A stretch of DNA of 64,000 bases from Alcanivoracaceae bacterium (GTDB lineage Bacteria; Pseudomonadota; Gammaproteobacteria; Pseudomonadales; Alcanivoracaceae). Of the stretch, positions 36,952 to 46,313 are shown piece after piece. The DNA lies in contig JARGOL010000005.1 of NCBI GenBank assembly GCA_029212745.1, forward strand, positions 27,558 to 91,557, in the 5' to 3' direction. The first letter of the stretch is position 1. Every line of letters starts with the position of its first letter. Below the pieces are notes generated by a model. It worked only from the letters and a program-made list of their open reading frames with translations, did not search any database and had not been told where the DNA came from. Both the position numbers and the translations under genes were made by a program.

Positions 36952-38550
36952 TTATACGTTCTCGAACTGACCCATGGTGTTGTGTGCACCGCCCGCTTTC
37001 AGGGCCGCTTCACCGGAGAAGTACTCCTTGTGGTCATCACCGATGTTGGAACCGGCCATGTCCTGGTGCTTCACGGTGGCGATACCGCGACGGATTTCCT
37101 GACGCTGTACACCGGCGGCGTAGGCAAGCATGCCTTCCTCGCCGAAGTAACCTTCCACCAGCGTGTCGGTAGACAGCGCCGCAGTGTGGTAGGTCGGCAG
37201 CGTGATCAGGTGGTGGAACACACCGGCTTCGCGAGCCGCGTCGCGCTGGAAGTTCTGGCACCACTTGTCCGCCTCGGCGGCCAGCTCGGAGTCGTCGTAG
37301 TCGGCGCTCATGAGCTTGCTGCGATCGTACTTGGACACGTCCTTGCCTTCCTTCTCCCAGGCATCGAATACCTGCTGGCGGAAGTTCAGGGTCCAGTTGA
37401 ACGACGGGCTGTTGTTGTACACCAGCTTGGCGCTCGGCTCCTGCTCGCGGATACGGTCAACCATGGCCTTGATGTGGCCGATGTTCGGGGTCGGGGTCTC
37501 GATCCACAGCAGGTCTGCACCGTTGCGCAGGCTGGTGACACAGTCCAGTACAACACGGTCGATGTTGGTGTCGCGACGGAACTGGAACAGGCCAGACGCC
37601 AGCTTGGTGGGCTTGATCAGCTTGCCAGCGGTCTTGACCAGCACGTCGCCGTTCTTGACGGTGGACGGATCGGTCACTTCCTCGCCTTCCAGGAAAGAGT
37701 TGTACTGGTCAGCCAGGTCACCCTCTTCCTGCGATACAGCGATCTGCTTGGTCAGGCCAGCACCTTCAGAGTCGGTACGGGCAACGATAACGCCGTCGTC
37801 CACACCCAGCTCCAGGAACGCGTAGCGAACGGCGTTCAGCTTGGCGATGAAGTCAGCGTGCGGAACGGTAACCTTGCCGTCCTGGTGACCACACTGCTTC
37901 TCGTCAGATACCTGGTTCTCGATCTGGATGCAGCAGGCACCCGCCTCGATCATCTGCTTGGCCATCAGGTAGGTGGCTTCCGGGTTACCGAAGCCAGCGT
38001 CGATGTCAGCAATGATCGGCACCACGTGGGTTTCGAAGTTGTCGATCTGGTCGATGATCTTGGCTTCTTCAGCAGCGTCGCCCTTGGCACGTGCGTCGTC
38101 CAGGTTGCGGAACAGGTGGTTCAGCTCCCAGGCATCCGCCTGCTTGAGGAAGGTGTACAGCTCACGGATCAGGTCAGCAACGGAGGTCTTCTCGTGCATG
38201 GACTGGTCCGGCAGCGGACCGAACTCGGAACGCAGGGCAGCGACCATCCAGCCAGAGAGGTACAGGTAGCGCTGCTTGGTGCCACCGAAGTGCTTCTTGA
38301 TGGAGATCATCTTCTGCTGACCGATGAAACCGTGCCAGCAACCCAGGGACTGGGTGTACTTGCTGTTATCGGCATCGTAGGCCGCCATGTCTTCGCGCAT
38401 GATCTTGGCGTTGTACTTGGCGATGTCCAGGTGCGTGTTGAAACGGTTCTGGAGACGCATACGTACGGCGGATTCAGGGTTGATTGACTGCCAGGTGCTG
38501 TGGGCACCGATAACAGACTTCAGCTGCTCGACGTCTTGCTTGTATGACAT
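36952..38550 (-). CDS. aceA: isocitrate lyase (long, about 530-aa form)
   Basis: The internal ATG at 38550 gives MSYKQDVEQLK. The catalytic loop is SDEKQCGHQDGK, and similarity to ICL runs along the whole length. Confidence 0.92.
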   Translation of the reverse strand: MSYKQDVEQLKSVIGAHSTWQSINPESAVRMRLQNRFNTHLDIAKYNAKIMREDMAAYDADNSKYTQSLGCWHGFIGQQKMISIKKHFGGTKQRYLYLSGWMVAALRSEFGPLPDQSMHEKTSVADLIRELYTFLKQADAWELNHLFRNLDDARAKGDAAEEAKIIDQIDNFETHVVPIIADIDAGFGNPEATYLMAKQMIEAGACCIQIENQVSDEKQCGHQDGKVTVPHADFIAKLNAVRYAFLELGVDDGVIVARTDSEGAGLTKQIAVSQEEGDLADQYNSFLEGEEVTDPSTVKNGDVLVKTAGKLIKPTKLASGLFQFRRDTNIDRVVLDCVTSLRNGADLLWIETPTPNIGHIKAMVDRIREQEPSAKLVYNNSPSFNWTLNFRQQVFDAWEKEGKDVSKYDRSKLMSADYDDSELAAEADKWCQNFQRDAAREAGVFHHLITLPTYHTAALSTDTLVEGYFGEEGMLAYAAGVQRQEIRRGIATVKHQDMAGSNIGDDHKEYFSGEAALKAGGAHNTMGQFENV

Positions 38551-38828
38551 GGTCCGGTCCTTTCGAATTGAGAGGGTTGAAATACCGCAGGAAGCCGCGG
38601 TAACCCAGGGCTCCGGCCCACCCAGCAAGCAGGCCTTTCTACGGAGTGCGCGCATTCTAGGGCCCACCCTCCCATAAATAAAATCAATATTTTATATACC
38701 CGGTATTTTCTGTATGAATACAGGAAAAAGCGCAGTCAATTCAGGCAGATAACGAGAAATACCGGTTGTCGGATGGTGCCGGGGAGCGCACTGGCGGGGT
38801 GTTTACGGGGTTTTTGCTGCCTTCCTGT

Positions 38829-38930
38829 GGGGGCCCTCACCCCAACCCCTCTCCCCGAGGGAGAGGGGCTTTCTGGGCGGTGCGCTGGCAGCGTCCCCTC
38901 TCCCCCGGGGAGAGGGACAGGGTGAGGGCC
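38829..38930. repeat. composite palindromic intergenic repeat, copy 1
   Basis: The outer arms GGCCCTCACCCC ... GGGTGAGGGCC enclose two hairpins, CCCCTCTCCCC-ga-GGGAGAGGGG and CCCCTCTCCCCC-GGGGAGAGGG. The same element occurs inverted at 53950..54048. Confidence 0.75.
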
Positions 38931-38941
38931 ACCCCACAGCC

Positions 38942-39580
38942 CTACGCCTGCGCCTCCACATCCAGGGTGTCAAAGAAATCCACCGCGCCAGTGGCCAGCG
39001 AATACTCGGCACCCACTACCCGCAGTCCGCTGTTGGCGATCAGTCCCTCAAGGATCAACGACCCCTGGCGCAGGTGCTGTACGGACGAGCGGATATTGGC
39101 ACGGATGGCAGTATCCAGCAGCTTGTCACGGTCAGTGAAGGCGCCGCTTTCCAGCAGGGTTTCCACGGACGGGCGGATACGATTGACGATCGAGCTGAGG
39201 CTGTGGGAGCGGCGCTCCGAGGGCCGCTCGAGTTCGTCCAGCGTGGCGCTCACCGCGCCGCAACAGGAATGCCCCAGCACCACCACCAAGCGTGTGCCGA
39301 ATTTCTCGGCGGCAAACTCGACGCTGCCAATCTGCGACGGTGCCACCACATTGCCCGCCACCCGGATCACGAACAGGTCACCCAGGCCCTGGTCAAAGAT
39401 GATCTCCGCCGGCACCCGTGAATCGGAACAGCCAAGGATGATGGCGGACGGCGCCTGGTCCTTGCCCACCTGCTCCCAGGCCTTGAGCGCCTCGAAACTG
39501 ATGCCGTCGGTACCGTGCTCCACGAACCGGCGATTACCTTCCCGCAACCGTTGCAGTGCCTGCTGTGCCGTACGAATCAT
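38942..39580 (-). CDS. beta-class carbonic anhydrase
   Basis: Motifs include LGCSDSRVPAE, the Zn ligand context VLGHSCCGA and FVIRVAGN. Confidence 0.9.
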   Translation of the reverse strand: MIRTAQQALQRLREGNRRFVEHGTDGISFEALKAWEQVGKDQAPSAIILGCSDSRVPAEIIFDQGLGDLFVIRVAGNVVAPSQIGSVEFAAEKFGTRLVVVLGHSCCGAVSATLDELERPSERRSHSLSSIVNRIRPSVETLLESGAFTDRDKLLDTAIRANIRSSVQHLRQGSLILEGLIANSGLRVVGAEYSLATGAVDFFDTLDVEAQA

Positions 39581-39667
39581 GCGCCTTTCCTTAATGCCAG
39601 GCGGGCATGGTAGCCGCCCTGCCCGTCAGGCAACAGCCCGGCGGCGGCCAGGGGCCCGACGCAATGG

Positions 39668-40252
39668 TTAGCAAATGTGGCGAACCGCATCGGTCTGCGG
39701 ACAGGGCGCGTCCGGCGTGTGCACCACGCGCACCAGGCCCGACAGGTCAAAGCCACGCGCCAGCGCCTGTTCACGAAAGCGCTGGAACACGGCGTCCGGC
39801 ACCGTCGGCGTGCGTGCCAGCAGCCACAGGTAGTCATGGCTGTTGCCGGACACAAAGGCATACTGGTAGTCCTCGTCCAGCTCGAACACCACGTAGCTGC
39901 CGTAGAAAGGCCCGAAGAACGACACCTTCAGGTGCGCCGTATCGGCATCGCCAACGAAGTACGCCTTGCCCTCGGCCTGTGACCACTCGCCGTCTTCGTT
40001 GTCGAAGCCGGTATTGCGCACCGACAGGCCACCGTCATCACGCAGGCCATACTCGGCACGCACATGGCTCAGGCCCCGCTCAAAGGAATGATCCAGCCGG
40101 GCGATCTCGTACCAGGTGCCCAGGTAGCGCTCCTTGTCGAAGCCGGTCACCGGCGTCACCTGGTCCGGCATGCCCAGGCACCCCGCCAGGGACAGGCACA
40201 GCAGGGCCGTCACCAGCATACGCACGGCATGCATCCCGCTTTTCTCAGTCAT
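39668..40252 (-). CDS. blc: outer-membrane lipocalin Blc
   Basis: The lipobox is LSLAGC and the lipocalin signature is FDKERYLGTWYEIARLDHSFERG. Start at 40252 or 40234. Confidence 0.85.
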   Translation of the reverse strand: MTEKSGMHAVRMLVTALLCLSLAGCLGMPDQVTPVTGFDKERYLGTWYEIARLDHSFERGLSHVRAEYGLRDDGGLSVRNTGFDNEDGEWSQAEGKAYFVGDADTAHLKVSFFGPFYGSYVVFELDEDYQYAFVSGNSHDYLWLLARTPTVPDAVFQRFREQALARGFDLSGLVRVVHTPDAPCPQTDAVRHIC

Positions 40253-40592
40253 GAACCCACTCCCCTTTCGATGATTGGTAAAAGGATACGCCGAAGCCAT
40301 GCACCACGACCATTTCATAGCCGTCCTCCACGCGCTGGTAGCGGCAGTCCGCCGGCTGGTAGCGCGGCCGGTAAGACGCTGTATCCAGCACCGACAGGTC
40401 GTCCGGGTAGTGCCCATGCTGTTTCGCCCAGGCGGCCAGTGGCCCATGGAAGCGATCACACCAGGCGACATAATCGCGAAAGCCGTCCGTGACCCAGTAG
40501 CCCAGCAACGCAGCAGACAGCACCACCACCACGGCGGCGGCAGTGACCGTCGCCGCGATAACCTGCCGTGCCAGCCGGCGCCGCATCCTCAT
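40245..40592 (-). CDS. hypothetical membrane-anchored protein
   Basis: The ATG at 40592 makes an ATGA overlap with the upstream symporter stop. An N-terminal Arg-rich segment is followed by the TM helix VIAATVTAAAVVVVLSAALLGYWV. Confidence 0.5.
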   Translation of the reverse strand: MRMRRRLARQVIAATVTAAAVVVVLSAALLGYWVTDGFRDYVAWCDRFHGPLAAWAKQHGHYPDDLSVLDTASYRPRYQPADCRYQRVEDGYEMVVVHGFGVSFYQSSKGEWVHD

Positions 40593-41980
40593 TGTGCGGC
40601 GTCCCTTTCCTGCTGCCGGGCGAAATACTCGCGCGTCAGCGTCACCACCACCGGCGACAACAGCAACAGGGCAATCAGGTTGGGAATGGCCATCAGCCCG
40701 TTGGCGATGTCGCATAGCGCCCAGATCAGCTCCAGCTCCATCACCGCCCCCAGCGGCAGCAGCAGGCAGAAGAGTCGCTTATACAGGCCCACGGCGCGCT
40801 CGCCGAACAGGTAATGGGTGCCGCGATCACCGTAGTAGCTCCAGCCCACCACGCTGGAAAACGAGAAGAACAGGAGTGACAGCGTCACCGCCACCTTGCC
40901 GAGATCCGGCACCGCTGCGTTGAACGCCATGGTGGTCAGCTCAGAACCGCTGACCCCGGTCTGCCACACGCCGGTGACCAGGATCACCAGGGCGGTGATG
41001 GTGCAGACAATCAGGGTATCGAACAGGGGCCCGTTCATGGCCACCAGGCCGGCGCGCACCGGTTCACTGGTGCGTGCCGAGGCCATCGCGATGGGTGTGG
41101 TACCCAGGCCCGCCTCGTTGCTGAACACGCCGCGCGCAACACCGAACTGGATGGTGGCCATGACCCCGGCGCCGGCAAAGCCACCGGTGGCAGCCGTGCC
41201 GGTGAACGCATCATTGACGATCTGTGCCAGCGCCGCCGGAATGGCATCGGCATACAGCCCCAGCACCACCAGCGCGCTGCCCACATAAAGTACGAACATC
41301 AGCGGCACCAGCGTCGATACCACCTGGCCAATACGGCGAATGCCACCGACGATCACCAGCCAGATCAGTGCCGCGTAGACAATACCAATCAACAGCTTCA
41401 CCCCGGCAACCAGGGCCGTGGTGTCGGCGTACCCAATCACGTCACGCAGGGAAAACTCCAGCGTGTCGGCCACCGAGTTGGCCTCCACCATGTTGCCGGT
41501 GCCAAAGGCCGCAAGGATGGCGCAGAAGGCAAAGAACTGCGCCAGCGGTTTCCAGCGCGGCCCCAGACCGCGCTCGATGTAATACATGGGCCCACCGGAA
41601 TAGCCGGTGGCGGCATCGTGGCTGCGATAGGCCACTGACAGCGTGGTTGAGGCATACACCGTGGCCATACCCACCAGCGCCGTCACCCACATCCACAGGA
41701 TCGCACCCGGCCCGCCCAGGGCGATGGCGGTGGCGACACCGGCGATGTTGCCATTACCGATGGCCGCTGACAGCGCCAGGGTCAGGGCGCTGAACTGACT
41801 CAGGTCGCCGGCATCACCGCCCTCACGGTCACGCCCGGAGACAATCTTCAAAGACAGCCACAGGTGAACCACCTGGATCAGCCGCAGGCGGAACGACAGG
41901 TAAAGGCCAGTGCCTACCAGCAGCACGATGGTGAGCGGCCCCCAGACCAGGGCACCGATGTCGTTGACCAACGTTTGCAT
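40589..41980 (-). CDS. alanine/glycine:cation symporter (AGCS family)
   Basis: 463-aa polytopic protein with similarity to sodium:alanine symporters along its whole length (FSNEAGLGTTPIAMA motif). Confidence 0.9.
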   Translation of the reverse strand: MQTLVNDIGALVWGPLTIVLLVGTGLYLSFRLRLIQVVHLWLSLKIVSGRDREGGDAGDLSQFSALTLALSAAIGNGNIAGVATAIALGGPGAILWMWVTALVGMATVYASTTLSVAYRSHDAATGYSGGPMYYIERGLGPRWKPLAQFFAFCAILAAFGTGNMVEANSVADTLEFSLRDVIGYADTTALVAGVKLLIGIVYAALIWLVIVGGIRRIGQVVSTLVPLMFVLYVGSALVVLGLYADAIPAALAQIVNDAFTGTAATGGFAGAGVMATIQFGVARGVFSNEAGLGTTPIAMASARTSEPVRAGLVAMNGPLFDTLIVCTITALVILVTGVWQTGVSGSELTTMAFNAAVPDLGKVAVTLSLLFFSFSSVVGWSYYGDRGTHYLFGERAVGLYKRLFCLLLPLGAVMELELIWALCDIANGLMAIPNLIALLLLSPVVVTLTREYFARQQERDAAQ

Positions 41981-41998
41981 GTCAGTTCCCGGCCCGGA

Positions 41999-42418
41999 TC
42001 ATGGCAACAGCGCCACGCCCGACAGCGTGACCTCTCCCGGCGTCAGCAACTCCACCTCAAGGAAAAGATCGCTCACCGTGTGCGTATCGGCATTGAACGG
42101 AATCACGAACGGCTCGGCCGACACATCCGTGAGCCCTTGCAGTGCTGGCAACCGGGAGAAGTAATCAGCACCCTCCACGCGCGCCCAGAGCACCAGGTTG
42201 GCCTGCCCGGATACGCTGATATGGCCACTCACCTTGAGCAAACCACCGCGATTGGCGGGCAGGCCTATCAGGCTGAGCCGCGCCGGCCGTTGTGATGACA
42301 GGCGCGCACCGTCTTCCGCCATGACCACCGTGCTGGCCGGCGCCACGACACCGCCATCCGCGTTAGCGCACACAGGTAGACAGCACAGTGCCGCCAGGGC
42401 GAGGCTGGAAATACGCAT
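41999..42418 (-). CDS. hypothetical secreted protein
   Basis: The signal peptide is MRISSLALAALCCLPVCANA. No family was recognised. Confidence 0.5.
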   Translation of the reverse strand: MRISSLALAALCCLPVCANADGGVVAPASTVVMAEDGARLSSQRPARLSLIGLPANRGGLLKVSGHISVSGQANLVLWARVEGADYFSRLPALQGLTDVSAEPFVIPFNADTHTVSDLFLEVELLTPGEVTLSGVALLP

Positions 42419-42513
42419 GGATTGTCCTCCGCGTTTTTAACCCGAGCATGCAGCGGCATCAGTGGCGACGCAAATGGACGTAACACCGCACCCGCAAAAA
42501 GGGCACGCCAACG

Positions 42514-43770
42514 TCAGGAACAGATGCGCAGCAGGTGGGTGATCAGGTCCACCTGGCGATTGAAATTGTTTTTCTGCAGCAATGACTTGATGTTGGTGCG
42601 CACCGTACTGACGGCGAGATCCAGCTCCCTGGCTGCCTGGGCGGCATCTGCGCCCTTGACCAGCGCCAGGCACACCCGTGCCTCGGCTTCGGTGGCAGTG
42701 ATGACCTTGCGGATCTCCGTAGTGGTGGGCGTGCGCACATCGTTGGGGTCAAAGATTTCCACCAGCGTGGTGTTGTTGTCGTTTTCCCGGCTGTGTACAG
42801 GCGTGATGGAGAAACGCAGGGGCAAAGCATTGGTGTGCAGGTACAGCGTGTCGGTCTCATCCAGGGCCGATGTCTTGCCGGTAATGAACAGCATCAGCTG
42901 GGTATAGAATTCCTGCGCAAAGGCCGGGTCCTGGAACTCGATCTGCCGGGTATCGTGATTGACCCGAAACACCTCATAACGCTGGCCGATCTGCTCGAAC
43001 GCCGGGCTCGCGCTGATCAGCAACGACACCGGCGAGAACACCGCCACCGGCTGCTTCAGCACGGCAATGCTGCTTTTCAGGTCACGGAACACCTGCTCGG
43101 AGCGATGCAGGCGCTCATACAGGTCCAGCGCAATCTCGGTGTGCTTCTTCAGCCGCGCCAACAACGCCATCTCGTCGCGGCTGAACACGGCATGGGACTT
43201 GTGTCGGTTCAGCACCAGCACGATCTGGTGCTGGAACTTGTTGGTGAAGGCAATGGTGGCACTGTCGACGATGCCGGCGGCGCGCAACCAGGTACGGGAA
43301 AACGCCGACATGTCAGCCAGCACATCATGCTCGGGGTCACCATCGGCATAACTGAAAACGGCGTTGGGCCCCAGCGCCAGGGCCCGGGCAATGGCCTCAT
43401 CCTTGAACACCAGCCCGGTCTTGAGCATCAGGGGCACGACGCCAGGCGGATACCCGAGCGCCCAGCCGTACAGGCCCTTGAGCTCAGGCTCCTTCTGGAT
43501 CACTGCCAGTGAGCAGCTGGCCAGAGTCAGCTCCTCGCGCAGGCAGCGCAGGAAGGGATCGAACCCCTGGTTGTTCTCGACACAGCCATACAGGCTCGTT
43601 ACCAGACGATCAAAAGTATCGGTCTGAGTATACACAGCATCGAGCAGCTCAGGCTCAGCTGGCTGGTCGTCGGCGGAAACAACGGGAGCGGGTTGTGGGC
43701 GATTATCCGGTGGCATTCTACTTCTCGTTGGATCTGATAAAACGCCGAGGCCGCTGGGCGGCACAGGCAT
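42514..43770 (-). CDS. LuxR-family transcriptional regulator with uncharacterised N-terminal domain
   Basis: The C-terminal HTH is TEAEARVCLALVKGADAAQAARELDLAVSTVRTNIKSLLQK. An alternative ATG lies at 43716. Confidence 0.75.
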   Translation of the reverse strand: MPVPPSGLGVLSDPTRSRMPPDNRPQPAPVVSADDQPAEPELLDAVYTQTDTFDRLVTSLYGCVENNQGFDPFLRCLREELTLASCSLAVIQKEPELKGLYGWALGYPPGVVPLMLKTGLVFKDEAIARALALGPNAVFSYADGDPEHDVLADMSAFSRTWLRAAGIVDSATIAFTNKFQHQIVLVLNRHKSHAVFSRDEMALLARLKKHTEIALDLYERLHRSEQVFRDLKSSIAVLKQPVAVFSPVSLLISASPAFEQIGQRYEVFRVNHDTRQIEFQDPAFAQEFYTQLMLFITGKTSALDETDTLYLHTNALPLRFSITPVHSRENDNNTTLVEIFDPNDVRTPTTTEIRKVITATEAEARVCLALVKGADAAQAARELDLAVSTVRTNIKSLLQKNNFNRQVDLITHLLRICS

Positions 43771-43856
43771 CAGACTTTTTTATTAGCTGAAAGAGTAGCC
43801 AATGCCGGGGCGGGTATCCAGTAACCGTGCCAAAACTGCGTCTCGCTTCAGCTGTA

Positions 43857-43880
43857 CAAAAACGGGCAAGCCCGGTTTTC
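43857..43880 (-). terminator. possible intrinsic terminator after the last cassette
   Basis: On the minus strand the sequence reads AAAACCGGG-cttg-CCCGTTTTTG, immediately after the stop at 43881. Confidence 0.45.
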
Positions 43881-44255
43881 CTATTCCAATCGGCCTATCT
43901 CTGTACGGAGTACATCGTCGATTAACTGCCTCAATGAGGCTGGAAGGTGGCCTGACTGATCTTCAAAGACACCATGAAGCGGCGTCAACTGACACGGCAC
44001 TTGCTGCCGTAAAACCGGAGAGCGTGAATAACCGCCGGGGTTATCACCGGGCTCAACCTCATAACACGCCAGGCGGCCTCCGCTTTTCCACAGGCACAGC
44101 TTCTCTGTGCGTTGCTTGTCGTACGACAGCTGGAAAGAAATGATGCGACCGCTTGCGTCATACCAGACGAACAGATCCAGCATAGGAGACTGGTACCATT
44201 CTCTTTTTGAAGGGCCGTCTTCGGCGGGGCTCTGATGTATTCTTCTGAGCATCAT
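43881..44255 (-). CDS. cassette ORF, hypothetical protein (124 aa)
   Basis: ORF in cassette position directly 3-prime of the attC at 44261..44321. No family was recognised. Confidence 0.55.
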   Translation of the reverse strand: MMLRRIHQSPAEDGPSKREWYQSPMLDLFVWYDASGRIISFQLSYDKQRTEKLCLWKSGGRLACYEVEPGDNPGGYSRSPVLRQQVPCQLTPLHGVFEDQSGHLPASLRQLIDDVLRTEIGRLE

Positions 44256-44260
44256 TCGGA

Positions 44261-44321
44261 AGATAACGTCGCAAACAGGGGCGCCGGTTACGGCGTCCCC
44301 TCTTGCTCTGCCTTGTTATGA
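44261..44321 (-). repeat. attC-like recombination site
   Basis: aGATAACGTCGCAAACAGGGGCGCC-ggtta-CGGCGTCCCCTCTTGCTCTGCCTTGTTATGa. The upstream ORF reads into it. Confidence 0.75.
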
Positions 44322-44737
44322 CAGGGGCGCGCCGGGACTGGCTTGCGGTAATAGTGCCCATTGATTTCGCCATCAAGCGAAGTTGTTGAGAGCGAGCAGT
44401 CAGTGATTTCAGATACTTTGTCTTTCCGCACGGTCCCATCACGCCACTTCAAGATGAGGATTTCATCCTTCAGGGACCACTCACCACCCGTTGATTCGCT
44501 CTCGACATGTCTCCCTTCGCTGAACACTGCGATGCTGAAATTCCCGTCGGCCTTGAGTTCCATTTTCCAAATACTTTCACTTCCCATTGAAAAATACCAT
44601 GCCCCGAGGATCTCATGTGTATTAATCGCCTTCTCAGCACTGCAATCCATGAAACTGCCATGATTAACCGTGGCATCAGATGCATAGCCAAAGCAAGGAA
44701 ATAGCACAGCCAAGATTAGGATAAGGAGTCTTTTCAT
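44288..44737 (-). CDS. cassette ORF, small exported protein (149 aa)
   Basis: The internal ATG at 44737 gives the signal peptide MKRLLILILAVLFPCFGYA. The long ORF-track version would overlap the neighbouring cassette and its attC. Confidence 0.6.
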   Translation of the reverse strand: MKRLLILILAVLFPCFGYASDATVNHGSFMDCSAEKAINTHEILGAWYFSMGSESIWKMELKADGNFSIAVFSEGRHVESESTGGEWSLKDEILILKWRDGTVRKDKVSEITDCSLSTTSLDGEINGHYYRKPVPARPCHNKAEQEGTP

Positions 44738-44744
44738 ATTCTCA

Positions 44745-44796
44745 TCACGTCGCGAGCAGGGGCGCCAAAGGCGTCCTCTGTAGCGCCTTGCTAGGT
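44745..44796 (-). repeat. attC-like site with degenerate cores
   Basis: TCACGTCGCGAGCAGGGGCGCC-aaa-GGCGTCCTCTGTAGCGCCTTGCTAGG. The cores are TCAC/GCTA instead of TAAC/GTTA. The stop of the upstream ORF lies in the outer core. Confidence 0.6.
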
Positions 44797-45264
44797 GACG
44801 CTTATCAGGCCTAGGCCATCCAATCCCAGAGCTATTGCAGTCACTACGATAACAAAAAGCACCATCCCCAGAATACTTATCCCGAATACCTTCCAGCCCG
44901 ACTGAAAATCCAAATTTTCGGACTCCAAAACGTCCTGCTTGGATGGCTGCGTTTTGTTGGCAAGCCATACTGTAGGCACCAAGTAGAGAACCGGAATTAC
45001 ATTATTCGGAAAGTCTTCTGGTAGATAGACCACCAAAAACGAAAAACACAGAATGAATAGCCCGCCTACAGTCAACGCCATCCTCGATAATCTATACATT
45101 TGGAGGGCGTCAAAGTTGGCCTTCAAGAAATATACTGCGGCGAAAGGTCCGCCGATAAATGTGCCCAATCCAATCTGCATCGGTGAATAGACTGAGGCTG
45201 TAACTTCTGCGTTAGGACTAGAATCAATCTCTGCCTGTGGGGCGTCATATGCATTTCTATTCAT
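44791..45264 (-). CDS. cassette ORF, small integral membrane protein (157 aa)
   Basis: The protein has about 4 predicted TM helices and an ATG start. Confidence 0.6.
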   Translation of the reverse strand: MNRNAYDAPQAEIDSSPNAEVTASVYSPMQIGLGTFIGGPFAAVYFLKANFDALQMYRLSRMALTVGGLFILCFSFLVVYLPEDFPNNVIPVLYLVPTVWLANKTQPSKQDVLESENLDFQSGWKVFGISILGMVLFVIVVTAIALGLDGLGLISVT

Positions 45265-45287
45265 TTTTTCTCTTCGCTCTTTTGTCC

Positions 45288-45368
45288 TAACGCTCGCACC
45301 AAGGGCGCCCGCAGCAACGCGGATGGCGTCACGCCGCGCTTTTCGCGGCGTAATTCCTGCGCGTGTTA
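45288..45368 (-). repeat. attC-like site (long variant, about 81 bp)
   Basis: TAACGCTCGCACCAAGGGCGCC ... GGCGTCACGCCGCGC-ttttc-GCGGCGT ... GCGCGTGTTA. Confidence 0.6.
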
Positions 45369-45372
45369 TGAA

Positions 45373-45831
45373 TTACCTGCACCTAACGAAATACTCTCTA
45401 ATATTTAAATTTGAAAACATGGAGCTGTGCCCCGCAACGTACACCCACATAATATCTTGGCCCTCGAAGTGATAGGTAACTATTAGGTCAGACCCATCTA
45501 GATCCTGGGTTTTTACCACGACTGTGTCCTTGTCCTGGCCGAGAATCGTATAGGTTGATTCCTCTGTAAATCCTTCGAAGGTTGATTTTTCACCATCTGA
45601 ATGTACTTCAATAGAGGGCATGTTGAGCTTCGATACTCCGTCCAAAAATTCGATCGTCATATGCCCCATAAGTTGATCGAAAAATATTCTCTGGCGCTCT
45701 TCGAGAATCGCATTACGGTTATTGAACCCGGAGGTCAATTCTTTATTGGACCTCCACTTCCCTTCAATTGATGCCGCATGGGCGTCGCTAGCAACTAAAA
45801 AAAACAATAGTGCAAAGAAGATAGGCCTCAC
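45373..45831 (-). CDS. cassette ORF, small exported protein (152 aa)
   Basis: GTG start with a GAGGGG RBS. The signal peptide is MRPIFFALLFFLVASDAHA. Confidence 0.6.
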   Translation of the reverse strand: MRPIFFALLFFLVASDAHAASIEGKWRSNKELTSGFNNRNAILEERQRIFFDQLMGHMTIEFLDGVSKLNMPSIEVHSDGEKSTFEGFTEESTYTILGQDKDTVVVKTQDLDGSDLIVTYHFEGQDIMWVYVAGHSSMFSNLNIREYFVRCR

Positions 45832-45850
45832 TGGAACCCCTCAGTACTAA

Positions 45851-45905
45851 TAACGTCGCAAACAGGGGCGCGCTTGAGCGTGCCCCCGCTTGCTTTGCCT
45901 TGTTA
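45851..45905 (-). repeat. attC-like recombination site
   Basis: TAACGTCGCAAACAGGGGCGCGC-ttga-GCGTGCCCCCGCTTGCTTTGCCTTGTTA. The TAA stop of the upstream ORF is the TTA of the GTTA core. Confidence 0.8.
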
Positions 45906-46301
45906 ATTCTCATCGCCCATTATGTTCGCTCTGACGGTTTCCATGAAAACTCCCCGCATCATCGTTCGATTAGTCGGGTTTCTCATGAAACCCTGCATCC
46001 TCAAAAGTAGACCTGGACGCAACCTGGGCTTCTCATTCTCAATGTACATTCCGAGCTTGGATAGCATGGCCATATTATCAGGGGACCCGTCCATCTTTGC
46101 TGCCCCAGTAAAGGCAACAAGTATGAATGTTTCGAAGTCCATATCGCCTTCTTCAAAGACATTCTTCGTCTGCTCAAGGACTTTCGGGCTTTCTATCTGC
46201 TTATCAAGAAAATCTTCAAGTCGCACGTCTAAATCAGCTGCTAATACTGAATCAGCTGAGCCAATCCATAACACTAATAATACAAAAATCGGCCGGATCA
46301 T
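45903..46301 (-). CDS. cassette ORF, small exported protein (132 aa)
   Basis: The signal peptide is MIRPIFVLLVLWIGSADSVLA. Confidence 0.6.
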   Translation of the reverse strand: MIRPIFVLLVLWIGSADSVLAADLDVRLEDFLDKQIESPKVLEQTKNVFEEGDMDFETFILVAFTGAAKMDGSPDNMAMLSKLGMYIENEKPRLRPGLLLRMQGFMRNPTNRTMMRGVFMETVRANIMGDEN

Positions 46302-46313
46302 TATCGCCCCAAA

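Noticed and set aside
36982-38487. 501-aa plus-strand ORF
   Set aside because: It is exactly antisense to the isocitrate lyase gene, whose identity is unambiguous. Its low-complexity V/G/L/D-rich translation is typical of shadow ORFs in GC-rich DNA.
38706-38728. LexA/SOS box upstream of aceA
   Set aside because: The core is CTGT-N6-ACAG rather than the gammaproteobacterial CTGT-N8-ACAG, and the gene context is not SOS-related.
38766-39671. 301-aa plus-strand ORF containing PSPRGRG and SPGERDRVRA peptides
   Set aside because: The N-terminus is a translation of the palindromic repeat. The remainder is antisense to the beta-carbonic anhydrase gene.
43821-43860. Possible terminal attC after the last cassette
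   Set aside because: GTAACCGTGCCAAAAC resembles the conserved arm, but the partner arm pairs poorly. The evidence is too weak to call and at best this is a decayed site.
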